The notes beneath the pieces were generated by a model, which made no database searches, had not been told where the DNA came from, and saw only the letters and a program-made list of their open reading frames with translations. 64,000 nt of DNA from an uncultured virus (IMG/VR IMGVR_UViG_3300030426_000047). Taxonomy: Duplodnaviria > Heunggongvirae > Uroviricota > Caudoviricetes. Both the position numbers and the translations under genes were made by a program. The DNA lies in the IMG/VR virus record IMGVR_UViG_3300030426_000047. One strand, 5' to 3'. Shown here one piece after another: positions 45,160-55,618 of this stretch (the first letter of the stretch is position 1; every line of letters starts with the position of its first letter).

Positions 45160-45729
45160 TTACGCCGACACCGTGAGTATCCAGGTCTGGACCATGGACT
45201 CGCCGGCTTCTTTGTTTTTGACCGCAAAAACTGAGCGGCAGAGCATCTGCCCAGCGGAAGCAGAGTTGAATATCCCCGACTCGGTGATGGCTCCGGTGCC
45301 GTCTCCCGCCGGCCAGGTGCAGATATAGGTGACCTTATTGGCGTCGGCCCCGGTGCCCTGGGTCCGGGAATCGAGAGCATTGCGGTCCAGCTCGTTTTCC
45401 AGCGCCGTGTTGGCTGCAACCGGCGTTGTGGTGCCGATGCCGATGGCCATATGGCTCATCTGTGCTTCCTGCCTGCCCGCCAGCTGGTCGGCAATGTGAT
45501 TTTTGCCGGTGGTCACAACCAGATTAGGACTCCAGCCGCAATCCCGCACCATTCCCGTCTCTTCGTTGATGAAGAGAAAATGCACCCGGCCAATCGGATG
45601 AACCCTTTCGGAAATACAGGCGAATGCAGCCTTGACATTTGCCCAGCTCGAGCAAACCAGCCACACGGCCCGGAGCCAAAACACACACCATTCCAACACC
45701 TTTCTAAATGCTCTTAAACCCATTTTCAC
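45160..45729 (-). CDS. Tail structural protein
   Basis: NLVVTTGKNHIADQL..MAIGIG..TALENEL..ITESGIFN; start uncertain. Confidence 0.7.
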   Translation of the reverse strand: MKMGLRAFRKVLEWCVFWLRAVWLVCSSWANVKAAFACISERVHPIGRVHFLFINEETGMVRDCGWSPNLVVTTGKNHIADQLAGRQEAQMSHMAIGIGTTTPVAANTALENELDRNALDSRTQGTGADANKVTYICTWPAGDGTGAITESGIFNSASAGQMLCRSVFAVKNKEAGESMVQTWILTVSA

Positions 45730-46118
45730 TCTCCTTCTGTCATCGCGACAGTAGACTGGAGGGCTGTCCTGTCATCACGACGGTCAGCCCTTTTTTTCCA
45801 ATACCCCTTGTCAGTTTTTAGAGTCGGCTCCGGAGCGTAGGCCCGGAAATCCTGCCCACAATGCGGGCAATCAAAATTAATGGGCGTCGGCCCACCAGGC
45901 AGCGGGGCCAGATTGGCCACGGAGACGCTGCCATTTTCATTTTTCAGATAGTAGATGTGCAGGCGGCAATGCACGCAGTAGACTTTGGGCGCAGCCTGCA
46001 CAGTGATGTTGAGCTCGTCGTGTGGTCTTGCCGAGTCGGAAATCTTGGTCATAACGGCCATAACCTCCCCGATCATCGTCCGCAGCTGGGCTATAGTGGA
46101 GTTTATCTTGCCGAGCAT
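45726..46118 (-). CDS. Hypothetical zinc-ribbon protein
   Basis: CVHC..CPHC; start at MLGKINS. Confidence 0.55.
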   Translation of the reverse strand: MLGKINSTIAQLRTMIGEVMAVMTKISDSARPHDELNITVQAAPKVYCVHCRLHIYYLKNENGSVSVANLAPLPGGPTPINFDCPHCGQDFRAYAPEPTLKTDKGYWKKRADRRDDRTALQSTVAMTEGE

Positions 46119-46119
46119 C

Positions 46120-49100
46120 TCAGTCACCAAAGGGAGTGAGCCCAAAACCGCTGCTCAGTTTGCCGCCGAAACCGCTGCTAAACAGCAGAGAGTCGGACAC
46201 GATAACCGACGAGGTCCGCAACGCATTCAGGGCCACAAACAGCTGCGCAAAAATCGTCACTTCATCCGGGTTCTTTTGCCGCCATGCCGACAGGCCGCCA
46301 AAAGGAATCTGGCCAAAACCGCCGCTGCCAAAGCCGTACACCGACCAGAATTCGGGAAAATCCTCCATCACCACGGTATCGTGTCTCTGGGTGGCACGGT
46401 CGGTATGCACCGCGGCCATCGCCGTAATTACCTCGGCCAGTTCAACCCGGATCTCCCAGATGGTCAGCAGCATGTCGGAAACCACAGCCTCATCGGATCT
46501 GCTCAAATTGAGGCGGATCAGCAACTGCTCAAGAACATGCACCGCCTCATCATTGTCGACGATCTCGGTGATCATCATCGACAAGGTGTCCATGACCAGC
46601 ACCGCATCCTCTTGTTTCATTTGGCTGAGGAGATAGAACAGGTTCTCGGCGACGATCCGCAGCAGGTTGATGGATCCGGACTTGCCCGAGCCAAAGAGTC
46701 GGTCCATGGCTCGCAGCACCATGGGCACCTTGTTCATCTGGTTGAAATTGGCGGACACCTCGATAACATCCTCTTTCTCCAGGTCGACCTGATCGAGGTA
46801 GGCCATGAAGGTATAAAAGCTGCTCGGCCAAGCGTCGGTCATCAGATAAAAATCGGCCACCTTGGCAGCCATGCCGGCATCGCGGATGAGGTCGAAATTG
46901 TAGCTGTCCGCCTTGGCCTTGAGCCCGAACCGGGAGATCGCTCCGGCGTCCTCGCGGGTCACGGAATCAAGAAAGCCTGCCGTCGACGAATCGCTTGCCG
47001 TCCAATCACGTTTGAAAAACAGCTGCACACGGTTGGAGATCTCCCGCAAGGGCTGGCGGGATACCGATATCGAGCGCAGCTGCAGGTTATCGGCGGTGAG
47101 CTGGCGGGATACCGGCTTACTCGCCGGGTGCCCCTCCCGCAGGGCCATTTTCAGTTTGCCGCCCGAGGTAAAAAACCGGCTGTGGGACTGATAACAGATG
47201 CGCTTGATGGCCTCACGCACTGTGGCCTCGGCATCGATCAGACCGTCCAGGCGATAGCCGCGCTCGGCAAACTTTTCACCGATGGCGGTAAATGAAGCGG
47301 CGTCGAAGTCGGCTGCAGCCACCCCGGCCCTGGTAGTCAGCAGCTTCTTGATTGCCAGATCGGGCCGGATGCAATCGGACAACGAGGCAACCTCGGCCGT
47401 AACTTCGTCGGAATAAACCACCTCGGTGGGCACATACTCGACATCGAAAAAAGCATGGAGGATGTAGACCGCCTTGGCGTCGCCGGCGTTGGTATAGGTG
47501 ACCCTGATCTCCCGGCCGGTAAACCAGTTCCAATCAAAATTCACATTGGCGGTCAGATCGAACAAATTGACGACGGTGCGCGACGGGTTATCCTGGGTAC
47601 GGATATTTACACCCCGGTTGTCGGTAGCGAGCACCTTGACATCGTCGCTGTTCTTGACATTGACCACCCCGGTATTCTTGACCTTGCCATTGAGAGCTGA
47701 CCCGGTAATTCCCGTGACTTTGGGGCTCACTACACCGCTCTTTGTCGTTTCAAGGGTGACTTCGTAAAAAGATATTGCTCCTCCGACCACTCCGGATCCT
47801 GTCCAGGAGATTGTGACCGAGCTAACAAACGAGGACATGTTAAACCATTGATCGACTGGGCCGGTATTGGGTACCCAGGTCGGATTTGTGCCGGGAATGT
47901 TCAGGGTGACCGTTCCGGCATCAAAAGGAAAAAAGCGAACATGCAGCCGTTGGGATATAATTCCGCTTTGCCCGGCAAAATAGAATGTTTTCGATCCGCT
48001 ACCGTATGATCCGATCGATAGCGGTAGCCCGGTGGTACTGCCGTCCGTGATAACAGCGCCCTGCACCGTCGCTTCATGACCGTGGGTGGGATCGGTCACA
48101 GCCACCGTAGGCTGATCAAAATTATGGACATGCTCGCCGCCGATCTCATGGCTGTGGCCGTGGTCGACGTCGACATCGGCATCGAGGGCAATCTCGTCAT
48201 TGGGATTCGGCCGGGACAACCGCCCCACAACCCCCACCCCAGAAACCCAGACATCACAGAAATCAGCAAGGATCTTGCCGGATGACCAGTGCTCGACCGC
48301 CAGATAGGCCCGCAGGATCTCTCCCCGGTTGCGGTTGACCGTGGCCTGGATGAGGGCCAGCACGGCGTTGCCGGGCTTGATGCAGGCTGCGGTGGCCAGA
48401 TCGGCCGCATCATAGGCATAGGCCGGCTGCAGTGCGCTATTGCTGCCGGACACTCCGTCAAACTGCATCTCCAGGAAGCGGGTCGATTCGCCGAATTTTT
48501 TCACCCAGGGTTTTTCGCTGAAGATAATCCGGGCAGGGTTAAGATCCGGGTGCACGGTATAGATTTCGGCCGGCGCCGGAAAGCCCTCGATCATAACATT
48601 GGCAATCGATGCCACCGGCCCGGCGCAGAGGTTGAAGGTATGGTCGCTGATTACCGAGATGATTTCCCGTTTATCGAGATGCTCGGCGGCCGAAGACAGG
48701 TAGCCGCGCTGGATCACCGTAAGGCTCGACGCAGTCCGGCCGCTGTAGCGGATTTTTTCCTCGTCTACCAGTACGGTGCCCGAGGTGGGGAAGAGCAGCT
48801 GGTCCAGATTTTCGTAGACCGGCAGGACCATCGTGCCCTTCAGGATCGAACCCTTGAGGCGCAGCCGCTGCACTGTTTTAGCCTTGAGCGCAGGCACTCT
48901 ACCGGTGTTGCCGAAGGCTACGGGGATACCCTTGCCGATATCGCTATCTGCAGCATAGGGCCAGGCCTCCCGAGTGATCAGCTCGCCGCAGGGCTGGTCG
49001 TAACGGATGGACAGGGAGACCAGGTCGAGGGTCAACAGCCTGCTTGCCTCGTCAAATTCAATAGGGTCCTGGACCACAAAACGATCGATCAAGGCCTTGC

Positions 49101-49452
49101 TCGATTCGGCCAGGCCGGCAAACCACTGATACAGCTCCACCTCGACGTTTTCGGGATATTCGGCCAGGAAGTAATCGGAGAAAGGGTGAGCGCCGCCATT
49201 CCACAGGGTCAGGGTCATCTGCCGGATCTCGCCGTTATCTGCGGCCGTGGCGTCTCCCGCCGAATCCTGCAGCTCTCCCCAGTTCTCCACCAGGGGCTGA
49301 TACTCATTGCTCAGGCCATCGGCGGCACCCAACGGCTGGTCAGAGAGATAGACGTTACCGGCATCCGGAAATTTAAAGACCAGCAGCTGCCGAGGTCGCC
49401 GGAAAGCAGCGTTCTTGGCGCTGATAAATGATGCGGTCAGATCGGTTCTCAT
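46120..49452 (-). CDS. Tail tip / hub (central fibre) protein
   Basis: 1110 aa after Dit-like gene; IPVAFG, AISRFG, C-terminal GFG repeats. Confidence 0.8.
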   Translation of the reverse strand: MRTDLTASFISAKNAAFRRPRQLLVFKFPDAGNVYLSDQPLGAADGLSNEYQPLVENWGELQDSAGDATAADNGEIRQMTLTLWNGGAHPFSDYFLAEYPENVEVELYQWFAGLAESSKALIDRFVVQDPIEFDEASRLLTLDLVSLSIRYDQPCGELITREAWPYAADSDIGKGIPVAFGNTGRVPALKAKTVQRLRLKGSILKGTMVLPVYENLDQLLFPTSGTVLVDEEKIRYSGRTASSLTVIQRGYLSSAAEHLDKREIISVISDHTFNLCAGPVASIANVMIEGFPAPAEIYTVHPDLNPARIIFSEKPWVKKFGESTRFLEMQFDGVSGSNSALQPAYAYDAADLATAACIKPGNAVLALIQATVNRNRGEILRAYLAVEHWSSGKILADFCDVWVSGVGVVGRLSRPNPNDEIALDADVDVDHGHSHEIGGEHVHNFDQPTVAVTDPTHGHEATVQGAVITDGSTTGLPLSIGSYGSGSKTFYFAGQSGIISQRLHVRFFPFDAGTVTLNIPGTNPTWVPNTGPVDQWFNMSSFVSSVTISWTGSGVVGGAISFYEVTLETTKSGVVSPKVTGITGSALNGKVKNTGVVNVKNSDDVKVLATDNRGVNIRTQDNPSRTVVNLFDLTANVNFDWNWFTGREIRVTYTNAGDAKAVYILHAFFDVEYVPTEVVYSDEVTAEVASLSDCIRPDLAIKKLLTTRAGVAAADFDAASFTAIGEKFAERGYRLDGLIDAEATVREAIKRICYQSHSRFFTSGGKLKMALREGHPASKPVSRQLTADNLQLRSISVSRQPLREISNRVQLFFKRDWTASDSSTAGFLDSVTREDAGAISRFGLKAKADSYNFDLIRDAGMAAKVADFYLMTDAWPSSFYTFMAYLDQVDLEKEDVIEVSANFNQMNKVPMVLRAMDRLFGSGKSGSINLLRIVAENLFYLLSQMKQEDAVLVMDTLSMMITEIVDNDEAVHVLEQLLIRLNLSRSDEAVVSDMLLTIWEIRVELAEVITAMAAVHTDRATQRHDTVVMEDFPEFWSVYGFGSGGFGQIPFGGLSAWRQKNPDEVTIFAQLFVALNALRTSSVIVSDSLLFSSGFGGKLSSGFGLTPFGD

Positions 49453-49814
49453 CCCACAACCTCAAGAAGCAGCTCTCCAGCAAACCGATGATAGGAGGTT
49501 TCGGGAAAATCAATCGTGGTGGTCAGCAGCCGAACAGTATGAGCAATGCCCTCTTCGTCATAATAGGTGAATGGGTTCGCGGCACCGTTGCATATCGTGT
49601 TATGCCAGGTTATCAGGGCCTGGTAATCGGCGAGCGGCAGTGATCTGAACACGATTGGGAAGGTGCGGATGGCTATTCCCAGCTCCTCAACCTGCAGCGA
49701 GCCGCCGCCGGTGCGGTCGATCACCTGGATCTTTTCCACCGGCCGTGAAACCGGATAGCGGATTCCTCGGGTAAACTGCAGACTATTTGCGCCGAGCACA
49801 AAACGAGGGTTCAT
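49449..49814 (-). CDS. Distal tail-like protein
   Basis: Small beta protein after TMP (GAANPFTYYD). Confidence 0.6.
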   Translation of the reverse strand: MNPRFVLGANSLQFTRGIRYPVSRPVEKIQVIDRTGGGSLQVEELGIAIRTFPIVFRSLPLADYQALITWHNTICNGAANPFTYYDEEGIAHTVRLLTTTIDFPETSYHRFAGELLLEVVG

Positions 49815-51568
49815 GATCTGGCCTCCAGGCGGCGCTGCTCGCTGACAATGGATGTCACATCGGAGCGGGACACCTGCTGGTTGATATTGACGGTGACGCC
49901 GCCTCGGGCGTTTTTGCCGCTGTAAGCAGCTTCAGCCGCCGCCACCTCCGACGCCGACATGGATGAGTCGGTGTTCTCGTAGCTGCCGGTTGAGGGAGCA
50001 GAGGATGAGGAGGGAGCGGCTGGAGCGGCGGACGCAGCCATGCGCAACTGCTCAAACTTGGTGATCAGGCCATCGATGCCGGTGACCACCGCGCGGCCGT
50101 CAAAGTACGCGGTCAGACCGATCTCTTTGCCGTTCAGGTCATCAGCCTTTACTCCCACGGCAGCGAGTTGATTGTTCATCTCTGCCGTTTTTTGGGCAAA
50201 CTGTTCTGCCAAGGTGCCAGACTGCTCCTGCATCCTCGTCATGGCCAGCCCTGCAGCCAATTCGCCTTCTTCATAGGCGTCGGCAGCGAGTTTGCCAATT
50301 TCATCGTATAGCCACTGTTCGACCTCATAGATATCGGCTCCGGCCTGTTTCCAGCGGATGGACTTCCTGATCAGTTCGTTTGCTTCCTCGGTGAAATATT
50401 TTTCCGCTCCAAATCCAGCCTCTTCATACATTTCCCGCTCTGCGGCGGCTTTTTCTTCTGCTTCCGACTTATGCTTATCGAGAATTTTCTGCCGGGCTTT
50501 CTCCTGTTCTTCCAAGGATGTTGTGGCTTGATTTATCTTTTTCCGATAATCCTCCATCCCTTTGATCATTTCGGAGTTGGAACCTCGCATATCCTTGAAT
50601 GCCCGGTCGGATTTAAGCGCCAGTTCCTCCGCCGCACCAAAAGCAGCTTCGGCATTTATCTTCCATTCTGCAGCCGCACCGCTGGTTAGTCGCAGCTTAT
50701 CGGTGAGGCTGGCCGCACCTTCGATGATTTTGAAAATACCGCCGGACACCGCAAGAGATGCAGCTGCCACCGCTGTAAAAGTTCCCTCGAGAAAACTAAA
50801 AGCCCTAATTAACCCGCCACCTACCGCTTCCTTGATGTTGTTGAAAGTCGCAGTCATTCTTTCAAGCTTATCTGCGTTGGTATCTGTCTGGACGCCGAGT
50901 TTATCCATTAATTCGCCACCGGCCTTCAAGGTAGCAGTCATAAACGCCTGCTTGCGTTCGGTGTCGGTGAGCTGGATAGACGTCTTCCCGAGAGATTTGG
51001 CGTATTCCTCGTTGGCTTTTTCGACATCGAGGATAATGCCGAGGTTATCCAGGATCATTTTTGACTGACGGCCAACCGCCAGAGAGATATCCTCAAAGGC
51101 CGTGACGGTGGATTGTCCGGTCATTTTGGCCGTCGCTCTGGCAATTTCCAGAAGCTTCACCACGTCATCCGGAGCGATACCCATCATCATGGCGGTACCG
51201 GCATTTTTTATCAGGGTCATGGTATCGACGGTGCCAGCGGAGACCCGTTTCAAATCAGCGACAATTTTATCGCCGTTGCTTCCGTAGGATGCCGCCAGCG
51301 AGTCGAAGGACCTTTTTTGCTGTTCGGCCTTTGCCGCTATATTGGCCATATCCCACGCCTCACGCATGGCCATAACCCCGGCGACAATCTCGACCCACGC
51401 CCCTTTGACACTCTCCCAGGCAGATTTAAGCTTGTCTGCAGCCCCGGCCCCGGTCTGTTCGACCTTGCGGAATTCTTCCTGAGCCTTGCCGGAAAACTCC
51501 TTTATCCGCAGGGTGCCGTTATCGTCGACATACAGCTCTATGGCTACTTTGGCGTTGGTTTGCGACAT
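49811..51568 (-). CDS. Tape measure protein
   Basis: GRQSKMILDNLGI..LTDTERKQAF; position after chaperones. Confidence 0.85.
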   Translation of the reverse strand: MSQTNAKVAIELYVDDNGTLRIKEFSGKAQEEFRKVEQTGAGAADKLKSAWESVKGAWVEIVAGVMAMREAWDMANIAAKAEQQKRSFDSLAASYGSNGDKIVADLKRVSAGTVDTMTLIKNAGTAMMMGIAPDDVVKLLEIARATAKMTGQSTVTAFEDISLAVGRQSKMILDNLGIILDVEKANEEYAKSLGKTSIQLTDTERKQAFMTATLKAGGELMDKLGVQTDTNADKLERMTATFNNIKEAVGGGLIRAFSFLEGTFTAVAAASLAVSGGIFKIIEGAASLTDKLRLTSGAAAEWKINAEAAFGAAEELALKSDRAFKDMRGSNSEMIKGMEDYRKKINQATTSLEEQEKARQKILDKHKSEAEEKAAAEREMYEEAGFGAEKYFTEEANELIRKSIRWKQAGADIYEVEQWLYDEIGKLAADAYEEGELAAGLAMTRMQEQSGTLAEQFAQKTAEMNNQLAAVGVKADDLNGKEIGLTAYFDGRAVVTGIDGLITKFEQLRMAASAAPAAPSSSSAPSTGSYENTDSSMSASEVAAAEAAYSGKNARGGVTVNINQQVSRSDVTSIVSEQRRLEARS

Positions 51569-51571
51569 GGC

Positions 51572-51958
51572 TTATTCGATTGCAGTCTGTTGTTGATGTT
51601 GTTTTACGGTTCGATGGATGCCGACCAGACAGCGCCTGGCTAAACGGCGATCGACCGGGGCAATCTCCAGATCATCCATTGCCTGAGGTACGGCCGACAT
51701 GATCAGATCGCCCCAGGGGCAAACTCGGTCATACAGGGCCAGCAATTGTCTGGTCGGCATGTCCCAGCTATTAACCGGACAATCACCGGTCGCTCCTGTG
51801 TCCTGGCCGTCGGTCACTCCTGTGCCATCCATGGCACCCTCGATATTTGGCCATCCCTGGCCTGCACATTCCGGCTCAATCTCGTCTTCTTCTAAATTTT
51901 GGCGGCATTGCCTGCAATTGACACTCGGATAGTCGAGGGTGAACTGCAACGCCGCCAT
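51572..51958 (-). CDS. Tail assembly chaperone extension (gpT-like)
   Basis: -1 frame relative to the upstream gene at AAAAAAG; CxxC. Confidence 0.65.
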   Translation of the reverse strand: MAALQFTLDYPSVNCRQCRQNLEEDEIEPECAGQGWPNIEGAMDGTGVTDGQDTGATGDCPVNSWDMPTRQLLALYDRVCPWGDLIMSAVPQAMDDLEIAPVDRRLARRCLVGIHRTVKQHQQQTAIE

Positions 51959-52407
51959 TACTTTTTTTCGGCCTCGGCCTCCCGCTCGGCATTGAAGCGC
52001 TCAATGTCGAAAGTGACCCGGTTGAGCCAGGCGGTGAAAGCGGGCGACCAGGTCATGAGGAGTTGTCTCGATGCGCGATCGAAAGCGATCTCCCCCTTGA
52101 AGCCTTTTATCTTCTTCCAGTTGTCGACCAGGACCAAGCGCCGCACGTCCTCGACCGTAAGGCCTTGCCAGTCGACCACCACATGGCCACCGAACAGCTC
52201 CAAATACTTTTCGGCATTGAGCACCTGACGTTTTTTCATTACCGCCAGGTCCCATTGCGGCTCGGTTGCCGCCTGCATAAGTTCCTGCTGTTTGCCGCCG
52301 ATGGGCCGGACCAGGACCTGAAATGTTTTCGAGCCGGGATAGGCCACCCAGATCGGCGGCTGTTCGTCTCGGGTGTCGATGATGTCGGCAAGTTTTAATT
52401 CATCCAT
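51958..52407 (-). CDS. Tail assembly chaperone (gpG-like)
   Basis: VVVDWQGL; ends GAAAAAAAGTAA. Confidence 0.75.
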   Translation of the reverse strand: MDELKLADIIDTRDEQPPIWVAYPGSKTFQVLVRPIGGKQQELMQAATEPQWDLAVMKKRQVLNAEKYLELFGGHVVVDWQGLTVEDVRRLVLVDNWKKIKGFKGEIAFDRASRQLLMTWSPAFTAWLNRVTFDIERFNAEREAEAEKK

Positions 52408-52416
52408 GATCGTGAC

Positions 52417-53463
52417 TTATGCCAAAGGGTTGGTGGTACGTTTATTGATAACCTCGATCCGCATCGGTGCGGTAAGGGTGGTCATGCCAAGAGGAGCGGC
52501 ACTTGCACCCACAGCACTAAGCTTCATGGTGAAGGGGATCTTCCCAGCACCCGACAGCGGGGCCTCCGGATCCACGACCCGCAGATGCGGAAAAAGCACT
52601 CTGAAAGTGTAATACTGCCCGTCACTGATCAGTTTGCCGGTGAAGGTGATATCCATTTTCTTGGGCGTACCCGCCGCCCAGCTGGAGAAAAAAGCATTGT
52701 TGGCCTCGTTGTACCGAGGAAACTTCAGCGTCAGAGTAACTACCGGAAAGCCGTTGTCATCCGGTTCGGCAACGCCATCCTGCCCGGCAACCGCGCCGGA
52801 ATCCATCGGCCGGGTGACGGTAAGCTCAAAGCTTGCCGGATTGACGATATCTCCCACGCCAAGCGCCGCGCCGCTCTGATCGTTGATGCGAAAGACGGTA
52901 TCCTTGTTCATGATGACCCGGTTGCCCTTGAGAGGCGCGACCGCAGCCAGGGTACCTACCGTATTGGTGACACTGTTTCGGACCAAGGTGTCGCAGATCA
53001 ACTCGAAGCCGACCGTGCATGGCTTGTTCATCTCGCCCGCCAGCTTGAAACCATGGACTTTCACGGAAGGGTATTCCCATGCGACGTCGGTCAGTTTCTG
53101 CTCTGCCAGCGTGCCGAAGATGCCGATAATCTCGGTCTTCATGTCATAGGTGTTGCTGTAGGCCGTGCTGCCTACCACGAGGGCCGGGACCTGAGCTTGG
53201 CCCATAACCGCAGCTAGCAAGACATCCATCCCCTCATAGCGCATATAAGCGTCGAGCGATCCAGCGGTTGTCATCTCGCCAAGATCGATGTCGGTAACCC
53301 AGGGTTGCCCTGCGCTGTCATCCATTTCCTGAGCGATGGTCGCCTTGATGCCGTCCGAGGTGATAAGCAGACCATCACCCGCCCCGCAGGCTACCGGAGT
53401 GTGCCATGCAGCCGCTTTCTTAAAGGCACAGACAAACTGTCGACCTGTAATTTCTTTTGTCAT
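52417..53463 (-). CDS. Major tail tube protein
   Basis: Position and size; no sheath gene present. Confidence 0.75.
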   Translation of the reverse strand: MTKEITGRQFVCAFKKAAAWHTPVACGAGDGLLITSDGIKATIAQEMDDSAGQPWVTDIDLGEMTTAGSLDAYMRYEGMDVLLAAVMGQAQVPALVVGSTAYSNTYDMKTEIIGIFGTLAEQKLTDVAWEYPSVKVHGFKLAGEMNKPCTVGFELICDTLVRNSVTNTVGTLAAVAPLKGNRVIMNKDTVFRINDQSGAALGVGDIVNPASFELTVTRPMDSGAVAGQDGVAEPDDNGFPVVTLTLKFPRYNEANNAFFSSWAAGTPKKMDITFTGKLISDGQYYTFRVLFPHLRVVDPEAPLSGAGKIPFTMKLSAVGASAAPLGMTTLTAPMRIEVINKRTTNPLA

Positions 53464-53490
53464 TGCTGCAAATCCTCCTACTTTTTAACT

Positions 53491-53922
53491 TTAGGTAAAA
53501 CGGGTAAACTGCATCACAACCGACACCATCATGATCGCCCGACCCTCATCTTCCAGAATCTCCGACTCACCCTGGGAGAGCGGCAGAGCGCTATCGTAGA
53601 CGCCGGCAAATGTATAATCTTTCAAGGCGGCGATAATATCTTCCGCAATGTCCAAAACCCCTTTCTGCCCGGCGGCGCCGATCAGCATAGCCTCCTGTTT
53701 CTGCAGCGAGACATAGGCGGCGGCGGTCAGCTGCAGGGTATCTTCATCCTGGTCCCCGGCGAGTGCGGCAAACTGCACGCCGCCGTCTTTCAGGCCGATC
53801 GCAGGATAGCTGCCGGAATTGCGGATCAGGCGGATATCCTCGGTGATATAAATATCACTGCTCCGGATGTAGGCTATCTCCGCCCGCAGCCTGGTTTTGC
53901 AGTTTGTTAACAAGGTTTTCAT
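53491..53922 (-). CDS. Mu gp37-like tail terminator
   Basis: YPAIG..G.LDIAEDIIAAL; follows gp36. Confidence 0.6.
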   Translation of the reverse strand: MKTLLTNCKTRLRAEIAYIRSSDIYITEDIRLIRNSGSYPAIGLKDGGVQFAALAGDQDEDTLQLTAAAYVSLQKQEAMLIGAAGQKGVLDIAEDIIAALKDYTFAGVYDSALPLSQGESEILEDEGRAIMMVSVVMQFTRFT

Positions 53923-53928
53923 GGGCCG

Positions 53929-54351
53929 TTAAAAGTTCTTTAAAGTATGGCCGGTAAAGATCCTGTCGTTGCTCACAACCTCGGCCTTGTCGCTTTCCGA
54001 GGACTTCGGATCGCCGCTGCCAAGACCGATCTCTCCGGCCTGGATCTTGGTCAGCATCTTGATGGCATTGTTGTATCTGGCCTGCCAGTGATCGGGTGGA
54101 CCCTGACGGCGGGAATAGAGATTGAAGACCGCCAGATCGACCGCCAACTTGGCAACGATGGGAGGGGCCGGTGCAAGCGGCAGGCCGTATCCCCGATCGC
54201 CGAGATACACATCGATCTCGACGTCGGCTGCTTCCAGGCTGTTGTCAATGACATCCATATCAATCACGCCACTCCCGGCATCATCGGTGAGGTCGATCAG
54301 CACCGCTTCGTTGAGGGCTTTTTTCAAGTCGTCCAGGGTGGCGTAGCTCAT
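53929..54351 (-). CDS. Mu gp36-like (DUF1320) head-tail adaptor
   Basis: MSYATLDDL..LIDLTDD..EIDVYL..Y.LPL..RYNNAIKML. Confidence 0.88.
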   Translation of the reverse strand: MSYATLDDLKKALNEAVLIDLTDDAGSGVIDMDVIDNSLEAADVEIDVYLGDRGYGLPLAPAPPIVAKLAVDLAVFNLYSRRQGPPDHWQARYNNAIKMLTKIQAGEIGLGSGDPKSSESDKAEVVSNDRIFTGHTLKNF

Positions 54352-54353
54352 GG

Positions 54354-54548
54354 TTATTTACCTTCTTCGGGTTTCTTGGCACCTTTGGTTTTCTTTTCGG
54401 GCTCGGCGGGGACTTCTTTCAAAAAACCATGATCAAGCAGCGGCCCGCCTGTTTCCTCATCCATCGTTACCGGCTCGTCAACCTCGTACCTCTTCTTTTT
54501 GTAGATGATCGGCGATGCGACGATGTATTCCTTTTCGTTTTCGGCCAT
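54354..54548 (-). CDS. Small head-associated protein
   Basis: YIVASPIIY..RYEVD; after capsid. Confidence 0.6.
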   Translation of the reverse strand: MAENEKEYIVASPIIYKKKRYEVDEPVTMDEETGGPLLDHGFLKEVPAEPEKKTKGAKKPEEGK

Positions 54549-54615
54549 GTCTATGACTCCTTACCTGGTGGAAAGGGGCGGGCTCGAGACCCCGCCCTTC
54601 GTTTAATTTTAAGAA

Positions 54616-55542
54616 TTACGCGATCGCGTTTTGCACGAAGTAGCCAAGGTCTGCAGCGGTGATGACTTCCTTCACCGACTCCCCGGCCCGGACCCTCTTG
54701 CCGCCGCGAAGGCCGATATCCTTATCCTCGACCTGCCCGGCAACACGGGTGCCGAACTGGGCGGTCACGCCGAAGGTCACCCCGGACCTGGTGTCCGCCG
54801 TCTTGTTGCGATGGATCAGGGTCAGGTGCTTGCCCCAGGTGCGGGCAAGAGACATTGCCTGGCCCTGCTTGGCGGTATTGACCCAGGCGGACCCGACGAA
54901 GATATCCTCCAGCTCGAACAGATCGGCCATTTGCCTCCGGGTGGCTATCCCCGCATCGCCTGCATTGCCGTGGACCGCCTTGACGATCTGCGGATGTGTT
55001 GCCAGCTTGCTGAACACCGACCGGCCGATTGTCATGATATTGGCGCGCATGATCATACTGTCGAGCGCCCCGGTGATAACGCCGATCGGATCGGAGTTGA
55101 CATAGTCGCTGAACTGATCCTGCCCGACCAGGGCTACCTTATTATTGGCGCCGTAGGTCGCTGCATTAAAGACCTTCGCGGCCACCCGCACTTCGCGGTC
55201 CAGCTCGACCAGGTCCATGATACCCTCGGCCGCTCTGCCGACCGGGTCATAGTTGGCCGGAGCGTTGTCAATATCCGCTTGCGGGATCGGATCATCGAGG
55301 CCGTAATCTTCGGTTGCACTGGTTTTTTCGGTGGCGGAGAACGTCACCTGGTTGGGCTGCGACTGCCGACCGACTTTGGTGTCCGGCACGGTGAATCCTT
55401 CAGCCATTGAATGTTCGAGCCATTTGAACTCTTGCTTGCCGACCGGGACCCTGGGCAGGACCTCATCGGCGATCAACTCCGTATTGCGAAAGGCGATGAC
55501 GATGGCCATCAAGACCGGGTCTATCGGGAAAGGTGCTGGCAT
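54616..55542 (-). CDS. Major capsid protein
   Basis: IADEVLPRVPV..LDREVRVA..DLGYFVQNA. Confidence 0.88.
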   Translation of the reverse strand: MPAPFPIDPVLMAIVIAFRNTELIADEVLPRVPVGKQEFKWLEHSMAEGFTVPDTKVGRQSQPNQVTFSATEKTSATEDYGLDDPIPQADIDNAPANYDPVGRAAEGIMDLVELDREVRVAAKVFNAATYGANNKVALVGQDQFSDYVNSDPIGVITGALDSMIMRANIMTIGRSVFSKLATHPQIVKAVHGNAGDAGIATRRQMADLFELEDIFVGSAWVNTAKQGQAMSLARTWGKHLTLIHRNKTADTRSGVTFGVTAQFGTRVAGQVEDKDIGLRGGKRVRAGESVKEVITAADLGYFVQNAIA

Positions 55543-55618
55543 GATTTACTCCCTTACTGTTGGTTGTTTTAGGGCTGAAGCGAAATCAGCCCCTAAATTT
55601 GCGTTCCGGCCTTATTTA

